A stretch of DNA of 64,000 nt, from NCBI GenBank assembly GCA_013265495.1, contig MU058418.1:62001-126000 (forward strand), given 5' to 3'. Numbering within the stretch: position 1 is the stretch's first letter; every line of letters begins with the position of its first letter. Shown here piece after piece: positions 12,311 to 24,704 of the stretch. Source of the DNA: Vicugna vicugna (lineage: Eukaryota). The notes beneath the pieces were generated by a model, which was not told the origin of the DNA, did no database searches, and worked only from the letters and a program-made list of their open reading frames with translations. The position numbers were made by a program, and so were the translations under genes.

Positions 12311-13702
12311 ATGTGATTTCTTTTCTTTTTAATTTTCGATATGAGTTTATATAATATTCATATTGGGAAAATGCAATTACTTTGTTAAATAAATTAAACA
12401 CAGAACATTATATTTCTTTTTAAAAAATCTTAATACATATCTTTGGATTAAGGTGAAGATAAGATAGCCCTGGTTTGACACAAAAAATTTAAAAAAAAAA
12501 CAACTGTAAGGAATGTTTCTCTGATGTAAATCTTATTTCCTGCCAACTCTCACTATAAAATTACCAGTGTGGTCACACTGAGAAAAATTCCCTCACTAAA
12601 ATGAGGTTTTAAAAAGTTGAATAAGAAAGAACAGTCTCACTAGTGATCATGTAGCACCTTTAAAACTTGTAGATGGACTCAAATCAATGAATAATGGAGT
12701 TTCTGTTAATAGAGGGCTCATCTGTCTCTCCATCCATTCATTCAACAAGTTATCCAATTCCTGAGAACCCTGAGGTCTCACGGAAGCAGCTGTAAGACAA
12801 GTCTATCCTCCCCACTCTGACGCTAGCGGGCTGGGGTACAATGGCGGCAGTGACACGGGCCACGAGGAGAAATTACACGGCAGGTCCTGGAACCCTGAGA
12901 GCTGAGAGAGGGGCAGCCGGGAAGAGTGGACAATCTCTTTGGCCAAAGTCCTGGTGAATTTACCTAGAATTTCCTAGATGAAAATTCCTGGATAAATTTT
13001 ATTAGGCCACCCCTTGACTAGAAGCACGGCCCCCAGTGGCAGATGAAGCTCTCCTATCATAGCCCCTACTATAGGATATTGACATTACTGCCCCCTCCCC
13101 CACACACACACCCCAAGAGCTATACATCCAATTCACTTAGTCATCTTGGTGACTGGCTCAGGGCCTGGCCCAGATAATACATTTAACAAATGTTGAGTGA
13201 ACTGTTTGCTGATAAGTAACAGTACCGTATGTCCTTGCCTTCTGTCAGGGTATGTGGGACTCTATGAATCTACGTAATGATGAATTAGTGAGAATTATTA
13301 CTCACTACTGGTGGAGAACAGAGGTAGGGAAGCCTAAAAGTATTACTTGTTAAGTGCAAACATGTAAAATAGTTCACATTTATGTAACCTTGTGACTGCT
13401 CCTCCCAATCTTATCCACATGTGGCTATAAAGGTGGCCTGAGATAACCCAGACACAGAGACAGCCTCACCAGGCCAAGGGCCACCATACAGCCTCATGTG
13501 CATGCATGCCAGGGCAACTTGTGTTGTCATTGCTGAATTTGCCAATTTGTCTGCTCCCTTATTTTGCCAGCAAAGATCCCAACATTTCTGGTCCAATTTC
13601 CCTTCTCCTTAGCTGTACCCCAGCCTCTAAGGACAGGCCACCCCACCACACTTCTTCCTGGACATTGTGTGATGGGGAAGGTGAAGGAAGAGGAAAAAAG
13701 TT

Positions 13703-14291
13703 TGTAGAGGAGGAAAAACATCTTCCTCCTACTTTCCTAGTTTCTCTAGCTGGAGCCTTGTAAATTAGACTGACAAAAGATTAACAAGAGAAAAACAAAA
13801 ACCAAACCAGAAGTTTATGAACCTGTGCTTCATGCATACACATGGGAACACAGTGATGAGTAACTCAAAGGGGTGTTTAGAACTTGTGTTTACATAGCAT
13901 CTTAACAAAAGAACAGCACATTTTAGAGAAGTGACAAGACAAAGGAAAAGGACCTTGAGTTTTGGGGGTGGCAAATTGTCGGAAGGCTAACACACAGGGG
14001 AAGTACTGATAGATGAGTGCTAGTATTAGCAAGGCTGGCTATTTGTGATGCAGATTCCTTCGGTGCCACCTGGGCTGACACAGGTCTAGAGCTGTGTCTG
14101 CTGCTTAACTTTTCTCCTTCCTGTTAGAAAGGGGAGGGGGGCTCCTTTACAAATTTATGTCCTGCTTTTAGGCAAATAGAAGGAGGCCAGAGAACTTTTC
14201 TTCTACTAGCTTCTTTTCAACTGCCTTCAGCTCGAAATAATCCTTATGCCAAAGTGGTACATCTTGGGGTGGTAGATTCTGCTACCCTTCA
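13703..14291 (-). mobile_element. ERV1 solo LTR, MER34-like
   Basis: TG...CA termini with perfect 4-bp TSD AGTT (13699-13702 and 14292-14295); similar along its length to 5615-6202. Confidence 0.88.
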
Positions 14292-14535
14292 AGTTCAAAC
14301 AGATTTAGTCAGTCTACAATCTGAAGAGACTTCGGGGTTGGGAGCCAACACACTGAGGATAAAGAGAAAGAATGTTTTGAGGAAATGTAGTGGCCAACGA
14401 GAGGCTCTGAGAGATTACAACAGTTTGTGGAGGAAAAGAGAGGAAGAGGCCTGCTAGGGGTTAGGACTTGGGCCTTCTTTAAGGTCCTTGAAGAGACCAG
14501 AATAAAGGAAACAATGTCTTGTTTGTCTAGCCACC

Positions 14536-14899
14536 TGTCCTAGTTCATTCGGGCTGCTATAACAAAATACCAAATACCAGCTAACATAGGCAGCTTATAA
14601 ACAGTAGAAATTTGTTGCTCCCAGTTCTGGAGGCTGGAAGCCAGAGACCAGGTGCCAGCGTGGTCAGGTGAGGGCCCTCTTCTGGATCAGACCCTAAATT
14701 TCCTGTGTGGGCTCACATGGTGTTAGGAGCTAGGGCGCTCTGTGGGGTCTCTTTTACAAGAGCATTAATCCCCTTCCTGAGGGCTCCACTCTTATGACCT
14801 AAGCACCTCTGGAAGGCCTCATTTCTTAATATCATCCCCTCTGGGGGTTAGGATTTCAACTTATGAGTCTGTAGGGAATGCAGACATGCAGACCATAGA
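14536..14899 (-). mobile_element. MaLR LTR (MLT1A-like)
   Basis: tgtcctagttcattcgggctgctataacaaaatacc...cagttctggaggctggaag...ttaggatttcaac. Confidence 0.85.
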
Positions 14900-15009
14900 A
14901 CCATCTATCTCTCTACTGTGTCTTTTGAAACAGTTCTTATTTAAATGACATCTTTCCAGGAATGAGTGATGCAGTCACGGCTTGCCTATGTGTCTCTAGT
15001 TGGTTCTGA

Positions 15010-15970
15010 TAAGAACTAATGAGCACCTCACACTTAGCATGTCCAGAACCGAACTCCTGACCCTCCTCCCACAGCCCGCTCTACCCGCAGCCCACGCCTC
15101 AGCTGATGGCAACTCCATCCCTCCAGATACTCAGGCCAGACCCTTAGCGTCCCCCATGTCTCCTTTCCTCTCATCCCAGTGTCCAATTCATCAGGAAATC
15201 TTCTAGGCTCTGCCTCCCAAATACCTCCAGAACCTGACCACTTACCACCACCATGGCCCCTCCCAATTTGAGCATCCATCATCTTAGGTTACAGTAGTGC
15301 CCTCCCAACTGGTGTCCCTGCTTCTACCTGCTCCTTCCCCCAGTCTATTCTCAGCAGAGCAGCCAGAATGATCTTTATACACCTTCTAACAAGGTACAAA
15401 ATAATTTAGCTCATTTATCTCCTATGCTTAACATGCTGCAATGGTTTTCCTTTCCCTTAAGATAAAAGCCAAAGTTCTTTTAAAGGCCTAGATGGATGTG
15501 TTCTGCCCCACCCACCCCACCTCATCTACTCTTCACTCTTTGGGGAACTCCCCTGCAGCCGCAAAGTCCTCCTCACTCTCCTGCACACTCACTGGGCAAA
15601 CTCCAGCTTAGTTAGAGACTTAGGGCCTCTGGCTGCTCTCTCTGCTGAAACACTGGCTCCAAACAGCCACAAGGCTCACTTCCTCCCCTCCTTCAAATTT
15701 TTGCTTACATGTCACTTTCTCAATGAGACCTACTCCTTTAAAAAAGAAATTGTAGCTCTGCCCTGAGCTCCACATCCTGATCCACTTACCCTGCTTTATT
15801 GTTTTTAGCATTTTTCACCTATGATGCTAACTATTGAGCCTGATGAGACTGTAAAGTCTGTAAGTCCATGAGGACAGATGTCTTTGTTTTGATTCCTGCT
15901 GTATCCCTCTCACCTGGAACAGTGACTCGTGTGGAGCAGCTGCTAAGTATTTGCTGAATGAACGAATGGA
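15010..15970 (+). mobile_element. LINE-2 3' region
   Basis: cagcagagcagccagaatgatctt, gtaagtccatgaggacag and terminal ttgctgaatgaacgaatg. Confidence 0.8.
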
Positions 15971-16717
15971 ATCAGTTTACAGCAACAAGCAATCAGAATG
16001 GCCTCTAGACTAAGGAATGCATCCATGTCAGGAGCAGCCCTCGCGAGCCGGGGAGTAAAGAACTAGCTTGCCCTGTTGACAGTTACAGGTGGAGGTTCAG
16101 AGTCAAACTCCAGGGACCCAGCCATCTGGCACACAGACTTTTATCTTCACTATCAGTCTGCTTTGCTGCAGGACAAAGGCAAAGACATTAATGTTGACAC
16201 AACCTGAAGACAACTGCTGTGGGATCTATGCTCCATTTTGTTCAATGGCTAGACAGGCAGCAGTCCCAAGGTCCAGGGCAGACGAGGGCAGCCAACTGGT
16301 TTCAACTAAAATCTTGGATCTATGTGATACACTCATATATGGACACACCTGATAAACTCCTTTCAGAAGGGTGAAAATGGCAGACCAATTGGTTTCAAAC
16401 ATACCACCTGGCGGCCCTACACAAGGTGGAAAGGGAATCAGAGGGAAGATCACAGGTGTCTTCATTTTTTCCAAAGAGACATGTTTACCTCCTCATCATT
16501 AAGATAAGAACAACCAATGTTTGCCCCCTTCACCGAGTACCAACAGGAGCAAATACATCCACCACTGCAGTTACAGGGTCTTACCAGCGAGCTGAAACCT
16601 AGCCCCACAAATCAGCTCCGTGAGAACTATGAAAAAGATGTATCAGTGAACCCTGGGGAAGGGAAGGTGGTGTTACACACATAAATTTAAAAATTTCTGT
16701 TTTTCAACATAGTCAAG

Positions 16718-17118
16718 TGTATGGGTTGAATTGTGTGCCCCTCAAATTCACCTATTAAAGCCTTAACCCCCACTGCCTCGAAATGTGACCATTTAGAGAC
16801 AGAGTCTTTACAGGGATCAATCAAGTTAAAATAAGGTCATTAGGCTGGGCCCTAATTCAGTATAACTGGTGTCCTTATAAAAGGGAAAATGTGGACACAG
16901 ACAAGCACAGAGATGGGGTGAAGAGCTGCAGGGAGGTGACCATCCACAAGACAGAGAGAGACCTTTGAACGGATCCTTCCCTCCAAGCCCTCACAGGGAA
17001 CCAACCTTGCCGACACCTTGATCTCAGACTTCCAGCCTCCAGGACTGTGAGATAACGCACTTCTGTTGTAGAAGCCAGTTGTGGTGCTTTGTTAAAGCTG
17101 CCCTAGCAGACTGACACA
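16718..17118 (+). mobile_element. MaLR LTR (MLT1B/C-like)
   Basis: tgtatgggttgaattgtgtgcccc...gactt ccagcctccaggactgtgaga...actgacaca. Confidence 0.88.
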
Positions 17119-18136
17119 AGATGAAATGACACTTCAGTGAGTAGCTACTATGATAATCCTGCCTCTTCCTGCTGAAATTTAGAACTTGTTATGACCTGAT
17201 ATTCCAGTCACGTAGCCCTGGGCCGTGGGTACCACCTCTATGTATTTCTGTGTTTGTCTGTTAGAAAAATCTGCCACTTTCCCAGAAAAGACTGTTCACG
17301 ATGCATTGTGTTACCTTTACCCGCCCTCCATTTCTCTTCCATCCAGGGTCTTCACTGGAAACTTGAAAATGTTTCTTTTCCCACTGCCAATTCCTCCAGC
17401 CCCTCCCCAAGGCAGTCAGTCTCCCTCCAGGAATATGCTTGGCTAGTGATTCCTTTTGGCAAAACCTGATTCCTCCTTTTCTTGATTCTCTCTGAACCAT
17501 CAATTCATGCCTTCCGGGTGGGCCTTCCCCAGCCCACTCCTCGGCAGATTTATTGTCCACTCCATCTTCCTTTTGCACGATTTAATCTGCTGTATTTTAA
17601 TTGGGTAATAAAACTCTGTGTGCCACCCAGCAAAATTTCAGAGCAAGCAATCACCAGGGACGTTCTCTCAGCAGCCAATTTCTAATTATTTATTCAGGCC
17701 CAAAGCTTAATTCCACCCCTGAGTGCAATGGCACTGAGTTGCTACATTCCCTGTCTGGGGAGAGGGGAGGGGGCGGGTGGGCAACACTCGGAATCCCCCG
17801 TGAGCACATCCCTGGACAGCAGATTGTCTCTGAGTCAAGAGGGCCTCAGTACCTGAGGGAAGTCTCTGCTCTGCTGTCACAGCAAATGGGAGGGTTGCCC
17901 TGGGGCCTCTGCTTTGTCAGCAGCCCCCAGTCCCCACCCCGCATTGCTCAGGAATGAGACAGGCACAGTCCATGAGGAAGTGTCCCCAACACGTAAGGAA
18001 AAACAGGGATTAGTAAATTCATGGTGTCATGGTGTCAGCACAACTGGATAGTCATCTGGAAGCAAACTGACACAGAATAAATTCCATGCAAATAACACCA
18101 CCAAAAGGCAGCAGAATACGCACCCTAAAACATCAC

Positions 18137-18707
18137 CATAGGCGTTTAGGGCATGTCCCCCAAGACAGACGGCTTTGTTCAAATATGACACTTTGTTATA
18201 TTGGTTATTTTGAGCTCTAGGCACGTGAAAAACAGCAAATGCTGGGAGAGGCTTTCTCTGAACTCCCTAACTGCTTAAAGACAGGTCCTCCAAAAGGAAC
18301 ACAATTGTCATATATCCCCTCTCCCAAGTCTCATCAACTACGGGAAGATTGACTCATCACAGGAGAGGAGACTAGACATCGACACGGCACCCAGACAGAC
18401 TTTGTCACAAACTGTCATGCCTCCATCTACTCCTCTAAGGGCCCTACATCTGTCTTAAAAACCATCTACTCTCCTCTGGGAGGCTTCGATCCCCCCTCCC
18501 CTTTCCCTATTAAGGTGGCATATAATTCTAAATTCTAAGCCACTTCAGGAAATGACTCACTTTTTCCTGGGTGTCTCCCATATATGCATGAGGTATACAT
18601 GTTAATAAACTTCTGTTTATCTTTCTCTAGTTAATCTGTCTTTTATTGCAGGAGTCTCAGCCAAGAATTCAGAAAGGTCAAGGAAAAATTGTTTTTCCTC
18701 CTCTACA
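18137..18707 (+). mobile_element. ERV1 solo LTR, MER34-like
   Basis: aaatatgacactttg...ttattttgagct head; 3' half similar to 4030-4174 (gtgtctcccat...gttaataaacttctgttt...tttcctcctctaca). Confidence 0.8.
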
Positions 18708-18709
18708 AG

Positions 18710-20135
18710 ATCAATATAAATATGAATTTATAAAAATGTTAAGAGTACAGCATGGAAGAATTTTTTATAACCTCAAAATGGGTTAGGTCTCTCTAACTAT
18801 TGCATAAAATCCAAAAACCTTGTAAGAAAAGATTAATATCTTTGACTACATAAAAATGAATTTGTTAAAAACATACATTCCTCTTCCCCAAAATCATAAA
18901 CAAAGCCAGAAGATAAATTACAGATTGGGGAAAACATTTACAACTTATATCACCATAATATATGTTAAAAAACAAAATTTAACTGAATGTATTTTAAAGA
19001 TCTTATTGACTTTATTCAAAGGGGGCAGCACCTCATCAAATAGACAGAAAGGAGCCCCAAGGAGCTGTACAAAATGCAAGGCTTTCATAGGCAGAAGGGA
19101 GCAGAACCAAGGAAACTACCAGCAAAGAGTAGACTGATTGTGACAAGGTCACCTTCCTTTAGGGACAGCAGGGGTCTGGCAGGTGGATTACCTCACTAGT
19201 GCCTAACAGGTAATTCCAGACTGACTGGTTTAAGATTCCACTCTTGGGACAGTTTGAAACTGTAATTAAGTTAGGTATTAATTCTGTTTGGTGACGTGGG
19301 ACTTGACAAATGGGACTTCATTTGGGGGCCTGTTGTCTCTTTTTTAACATACCTAAAGATGCCCCCTGCAAATCAGTAAGAAATATCAACAACCCAATAG
19401 AAAAGTTGCCAATGTCTAAGCAGAGGGTTTATTGAAGGAAAACAATGAGTAGCTCTTATATTTTTTAAAATGCTTATTACAAAAGAAAATGAAAATTACA
19501 ATGAATTACCACTTTTCACTTATTACACGAGCAGAAACTAAATCTCACACATTGCTGGTGGATTTATAAAGTAGTTCAATTTCTGTGAAGAGCAATTTAG
19601 CAGCATCTCTCCAAACTACAGCTATATATGCCCTTCAACCCTATGAATTTGTCTTCTAGATATGCTCACATATGGGAAGTAATACACTGCCCAGGGCTAT
19701 TTGTGAGGCATTGTCTGTAATAGCCAAAGATCGGAAACCACCTAAATGTTTATCAAAAGAAAGCTGATTTCATCAACTGTGGTAAATCCATATAATCATA
19801 TGTTCTGTTAAAAAAAAAAAGAATGGAATTCTTAAAGAATCAATGTGGAAAAATCATGCAGAAAAAAGTACACATATCATATCTGTGTGTAAAGCAGCTG
19901 TCAAATATGTAAAATAAAAGTGATGGGGAATAAAATAAGTCTATATGACTCATTTATACATAAAAATATCTGAGAGGATAAAAAGAAAGGAATAACAGTG
20001 CTTATATGTTGAGGGGGATGGGGTCCAAATGAAGAGGGATAAAGTGGGAGGAGTCTTTTGTTCTATAGCTTTTTGTACTTTTAAATGTTTGAAACATGTG
20101 AATGTGTTACCTATTCAAAACACTAAATTAAAAAC
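18710..20135 (+). mobile_element. Ancient L1 (L1M-type) ORF2 end and 3'UTR, split by an LTR
   Basis: agattggggaaaacattt, caacaacccaatagaaaa and taatagccaaagatcggaaaccacctaaatgt motifs. Confidence 0.7.
18963..19349 (-). mobile_element. ERV solo LTR (family uncertain)
   Basis: Inverted termini tgttaaaaaa...ttttttaaca, minus-strand AATAAA near 19010, inserted into the old L1. Confidence 0.65.
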
Positions 20136-20589
20136 AAAATCCCCCTGGGGTGGGGTAGAAAGTGGGTGGGGGGAAGACGGGACCCAGATTATACATATTG
20201 TGTGCTTTCCAAACTGCACAAACGCTCCACACCCACTTTCCAGGCCCCATCACAGTGATGACATCACTGGGAGGTGAGGGAGGAGAGGCAAGGGGAGGAA
20301 GGCAGACTTGCCTGACCTCACATCCATTCAGTTCTGCTTTTGACATTGTTGTCAAATTAAACTATACATATACCATTGTGTTTGTGTGTGTGAAAATGTT
20401 CCTTGGCTAAATGGAAATAATTTGCAATCCTGTTTCATAATTGCTTCATAATAAAAATATAGCAGGAGCCTAAAAGAAAGAGAGTAACCTAGAGGCCTTT
20501 CACCCCTGAGAAAGCCTGCCCATTATGCTTTTGTCACATCTCCTTTCTTTTTGTTTCAAAACTTCCCCCTGATTTTGGCTATTGTATGG

Positions 20590-22322
20590 CACTCAACCAG
20601 ACCCAGGGCCAACCAAGCCTACCAGACTGCCCATAGCAGTCAGCCCACCATAACAGAAGGACCCACACAGCCCTCATAGGGGGCTCTCCTAGAGCATTTA
20701 GCTCTGGTGACAAGAGGGAGTGCACTGCTGGGATGGATAGAACGTCTCCAAAAAGGCCATTTCTCCAAGGTCAAGAAACATAACCAACCTGCCAGAACAT
20801 AGAAATAAAAACAGGAAGTTAGGCAAAACGAGGCAACAGAAGATCATGTTCCAAGGGAACAAGATGAAAGCCAGAAGAAGAAATAAGTGAAGTGGAGCCA
20901 GGAGTTCAGGGTAATGATCTTAAAGATGATTAAACAACTTGGAAGAAGAATGGATGCACTGCGCAAGAAGTTAGAAGTTTTTAATGAAGAGTTAGAAAAT
21001 ATAAAGAACAAAAGAGATGAAGAATACAATAACTGAAATGAAAAATACACCAGAAGGAATCAACAGTAGACTAAATGATACAGAGGAACAGATCAGTGAG
21101 CTAGAAGACAGACTGATGCTGAACAGAGAAAAGAAATGAGGACAGTTTAAGAGACCTCTGGGGCAACATCAAGTGCACTAATATTCACATTATAGTAGTC
21201 ACAGAAGGAGTGGAGAGAGAAAATGGTTGGGAACATACTTGAAGACATAATAGCTAAAAATGTCTATAACCTGGAAAAGGAAACAGACATCCAAGTCCAG
21301 GAAGCACAGGAGATTCCAAACAGGATTAACCCAAATGGGAAAACATCAAGACACACTGTAATCAAAATGACAAAAATTAAAGACAGAATATTAAAAGCAG
21401 CAAGGAAAAAGCAACAAATAACATACAAGGGAACTTCCATAAGGCTATTGGCTAACTTCTCAGCAGAAACTCTGCAGGACAGAAGGAAGTAGCATGATAT
21501 ATTTAAAGTGATGAAAGGGAAAAACCTACAACCAAGAATACTCTACCCAGCAAGGTTCTCGTTCAGATTTGATGGAGAAATCAGAAGTTTCACAGACAAG
21601 CAAAAGCTAAAAGAGTTCAGCACCACCAAACCAGCTTTACAAGAAATGTTAAAGGAATTTCTCTAAGCAAAAAAAAAAAAGGCCACAACTAGAAACATGG
21701 AAATTACAAACAGAAAAATCTCATCCGTAATGGCAAATATACAGTAAAGACAGTGAATCATCCATACACAAAGCTAGTAGAAAGGTTAAGAGATAAAAGT
21801 AAAATCATCTGTAAACACAATAAGCATTTAATGGATACACAAAACAAACAGATGTAAAATATGATGACAAAAACAGTCACTGTGAGGGGAGGGGAGTACA
21901 AATGCAGCATTTGTAACAATATCGATGGACTTTGAGAACACTGTGCTTAGTGAAATAAATCCAGCAAAGAAAGACAAACATTGTATGATATCACTTTTAT
22001 GTAGAATCTAAAAAACAAACAAACAAAAAACTAGTGAGTATAACAAAAAAAGGAAACAGACTTATAGATATAGAGAATAAGCTAGTGGTTTACCAGTGGG
22101 GAGGGAGAAGGGGGGGGACACGATGAGGGTAAAGGGAGTAAGAAGTACAACTACTATGTATAAAAAAAGTTACAAGGATATATTGTACAGCACAAGGAAG
22201 ATAGCCAATATTTTATAATAGCTATAAACAAAGTATAATCTTTAAAAACTGTGAATCACTATGTTTATACCTGAAACTTACATAGTATTGTAAATCAATT
22301 AATTATACCTCAATAAAAAAAA
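20590..22322 (+). mobile_element. Internally deleted L1: 5'UTR remnant, ORF1 relic and spacer fused directly to the L1 3' end
   Basis: ORF1p-like peptide at 21223-21492 (KETDIQVQEAQ..PNRINP..RHTVIKM..RILKAAR); ORF1 stop at about 21666; junction at about 21907 to catttgtaacaatatcgatggac; caataaaaaaaa tail. Confidence 0.88.
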
Positions 22323-24664
22323 TTCCTCCCAAGTGTTCAGTCTAGTGAAATTTCACTGGGACACCAATATGAGATGGGGCACTCACGGATGGCACACCTT
22401 GGGCACTACACTCTCCCCAGGAGGCCCTAGACCCTCTAGTTCCGTCTTGGAGAAGTAAAGAGAGGCAAGATGCTGCTGTTCCAAGGTACATGTGCTCCTC
22501 AGTAATTCAATACACACTAAATATTTATAAAGGACTGCAGGGAAGGTATCTTAATATAACAGGAATCTTACCACAGGGTTTCTCTGAGGCAAAGCCTCCT
22601 TTTTGAGTTCAGTTTTGGTCATTATTAAAAGGCAAAGGATGGGAATTTGTTAGCAAAGTAAAGGAATTGGGTGTCTTTCAAAACCAGAACATAGCGTGAA
22701 GAAAGAATAGTGAAGTCAGAATTCCCCTGGGAAATTCACTTCCACTGGCAAAACCACATACTGTTTATTTGAAGTGTCACACAGCACAAAGATTATCCAG
22801 GAGCTGACAGGAGAGATTAAGTGTTCCAGAGATGGAGTACTCAAGGGCAAACATTAGATTCTAAGCAGAACATTTGTTGGAGAAAAACTATCTGCTTTCT
22901 TTGGGTGGAGTCACTGGTCATATCGGTCACAGATCTTAGGAATCCTAGGATCAAAACTTCTGCTTTAAAATAAATTTTGAAGCATGATTTGAGTAGAAGG
23001 AGCCATATCCAGGTACAGATTGGGTTGGGGAAGGGGGCCAGGCCAAAGAAGAGGAATTGAGTATGTCCCAGGAGAAGGGGGCAGGAGCCAGAAACTAAGC
23101 CACTCCACCCATGACCCTGAATTCTTGGTAGAAGAGATCTTCTGTATAACTATGCACCAAGGCCCTGAGCTCACCTGTCCAAGCAAAGCAGACATCATCC
23201 TTCCCACCCACTCTGCTGCCCCACCTCAGCACCTTCACCAGGTCTAACACGGCTCCATTGCTGACAACAGAGCTTCCCAAGGCCATCACAACAATGCCAC
23301 CACCATTGTGCACCTAAGGTACAGGGCCTTGACTTGGCAAAGAGGTTACAGCAAGAGCTACATGAAACAAGATGTTCAGTGGGGCAGTTCATTCCTGTGC
23401 GGACAACCCAAGTCCTAAGTCCTTCGTAAAAGCAGATTACTGTGAGGATTGGGGGACACCCTGTATGGCCCTGACTGTCCTCATGGGCCTCTGGGGTAGA
23501 AGACCAGCTTCCATAGGGGCTAAGTTTGCCTACTGGGAAAGAGAGTTATTAAGTGTCATACCGGGGATGAAAATGCTGACCAGAAATTCAAAAGGAACTT
23601 TCAGATGCCAAAAGAAGTCAGAAAGCATAGGTCAAGGTCAGAATGAGTAAGACCTTGGAAACTTTCTGGAATCTTAATTTCCTCATGTTCTCTTCTATTA
23701 TCTTTCTAGTACCCTCCCTAGTAGCACCACTTTTAAAAGCAAAAAGTGTCTCTGTGTTTGCTTTGAGAGCACAGTTACTCATGGGGGTGGTGCTGCCAAG
23801 AGGAAGGCAACCTGGAGGAACAGGGTGAGTCAGGCAGTCTGCAGGAGAACAGATGGCTATCGGGAGAAGGAGGGAGCTGCAGCTCCAGCTCTGGGTGTCT
23901 CAGAAACTTAGTATTTAAGGAGTGGTTTCTTTAAAGTCTTTACTCATCTTTGGTTTATTTGTTTATAACCTACCTTGTTTCATAAAATATTTAAGTAGCT
24001 GATAGGCTGTAAGAAATGTATGCAGTAAGATACAAAGTCATGAGCAGGAAATGTAAATTTTTAAGAGAGGTCATGACTAGGAGAACATTAGAATACATGT
24101 CCACATAAGGTCCTACCCAGTTACTTAAGAGCAGGCTCAGATCTGTCTCTGAGTTTCCAGGCACCTGAAGAGGAGAGGGGAATAAGATGGGTTACCTGAT
24201 TCTCACTGTCCATGAGATGACAGATCATTGTTGAGGTAGAGCTCTTTGGTTCTTATCTCTAAAAGATAATTCCCTTATGGTACTTCATAGAGTGGTGAAA
24301 GAGAGATGTAATAACACCTCTACATTCTTATCAAGAGAAAAACTCATGAAGCTGTCTCTTATAGATGCTAAGAGGATGACTCCAAAGCAGAATTCTCAGG
24401 TAGCAATTTTGTGGAAACCCTCCCCTCTCATCTAACCAGGAAGGAGCAGAAGTAGATTTAGAACTCAGGTCATATGATGTCAACTCCTGTTTGCTTTTCA
24501 TCTCCCTTCAGCTACCTATTTCCTACTCCTCTTTTAGTCTCAATTTAAACTTTACTTCTTGAAAAAAGACCTTCTGTGACGTTGGGCTGGGCTAGGACCC
24601 TGGATTTTTCCTACCTTTCACACATCACATTCTTTGTTTTCACTTACTTGGTGTCTGTCTCTAC

Positions 24665-24698
<34 letters not shown>

Positions 24699-24704
24699 CA
24701 TGGG

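Noticed and set aside
18963..19349. DNA transposon suggested by the inverted ends tgttaaaaaa/ttttttaaca
   Set aside because: Short TG...CA inverted termini with a polyA signal near one end fit an LTR better; there is no TA or 8-bp TSD
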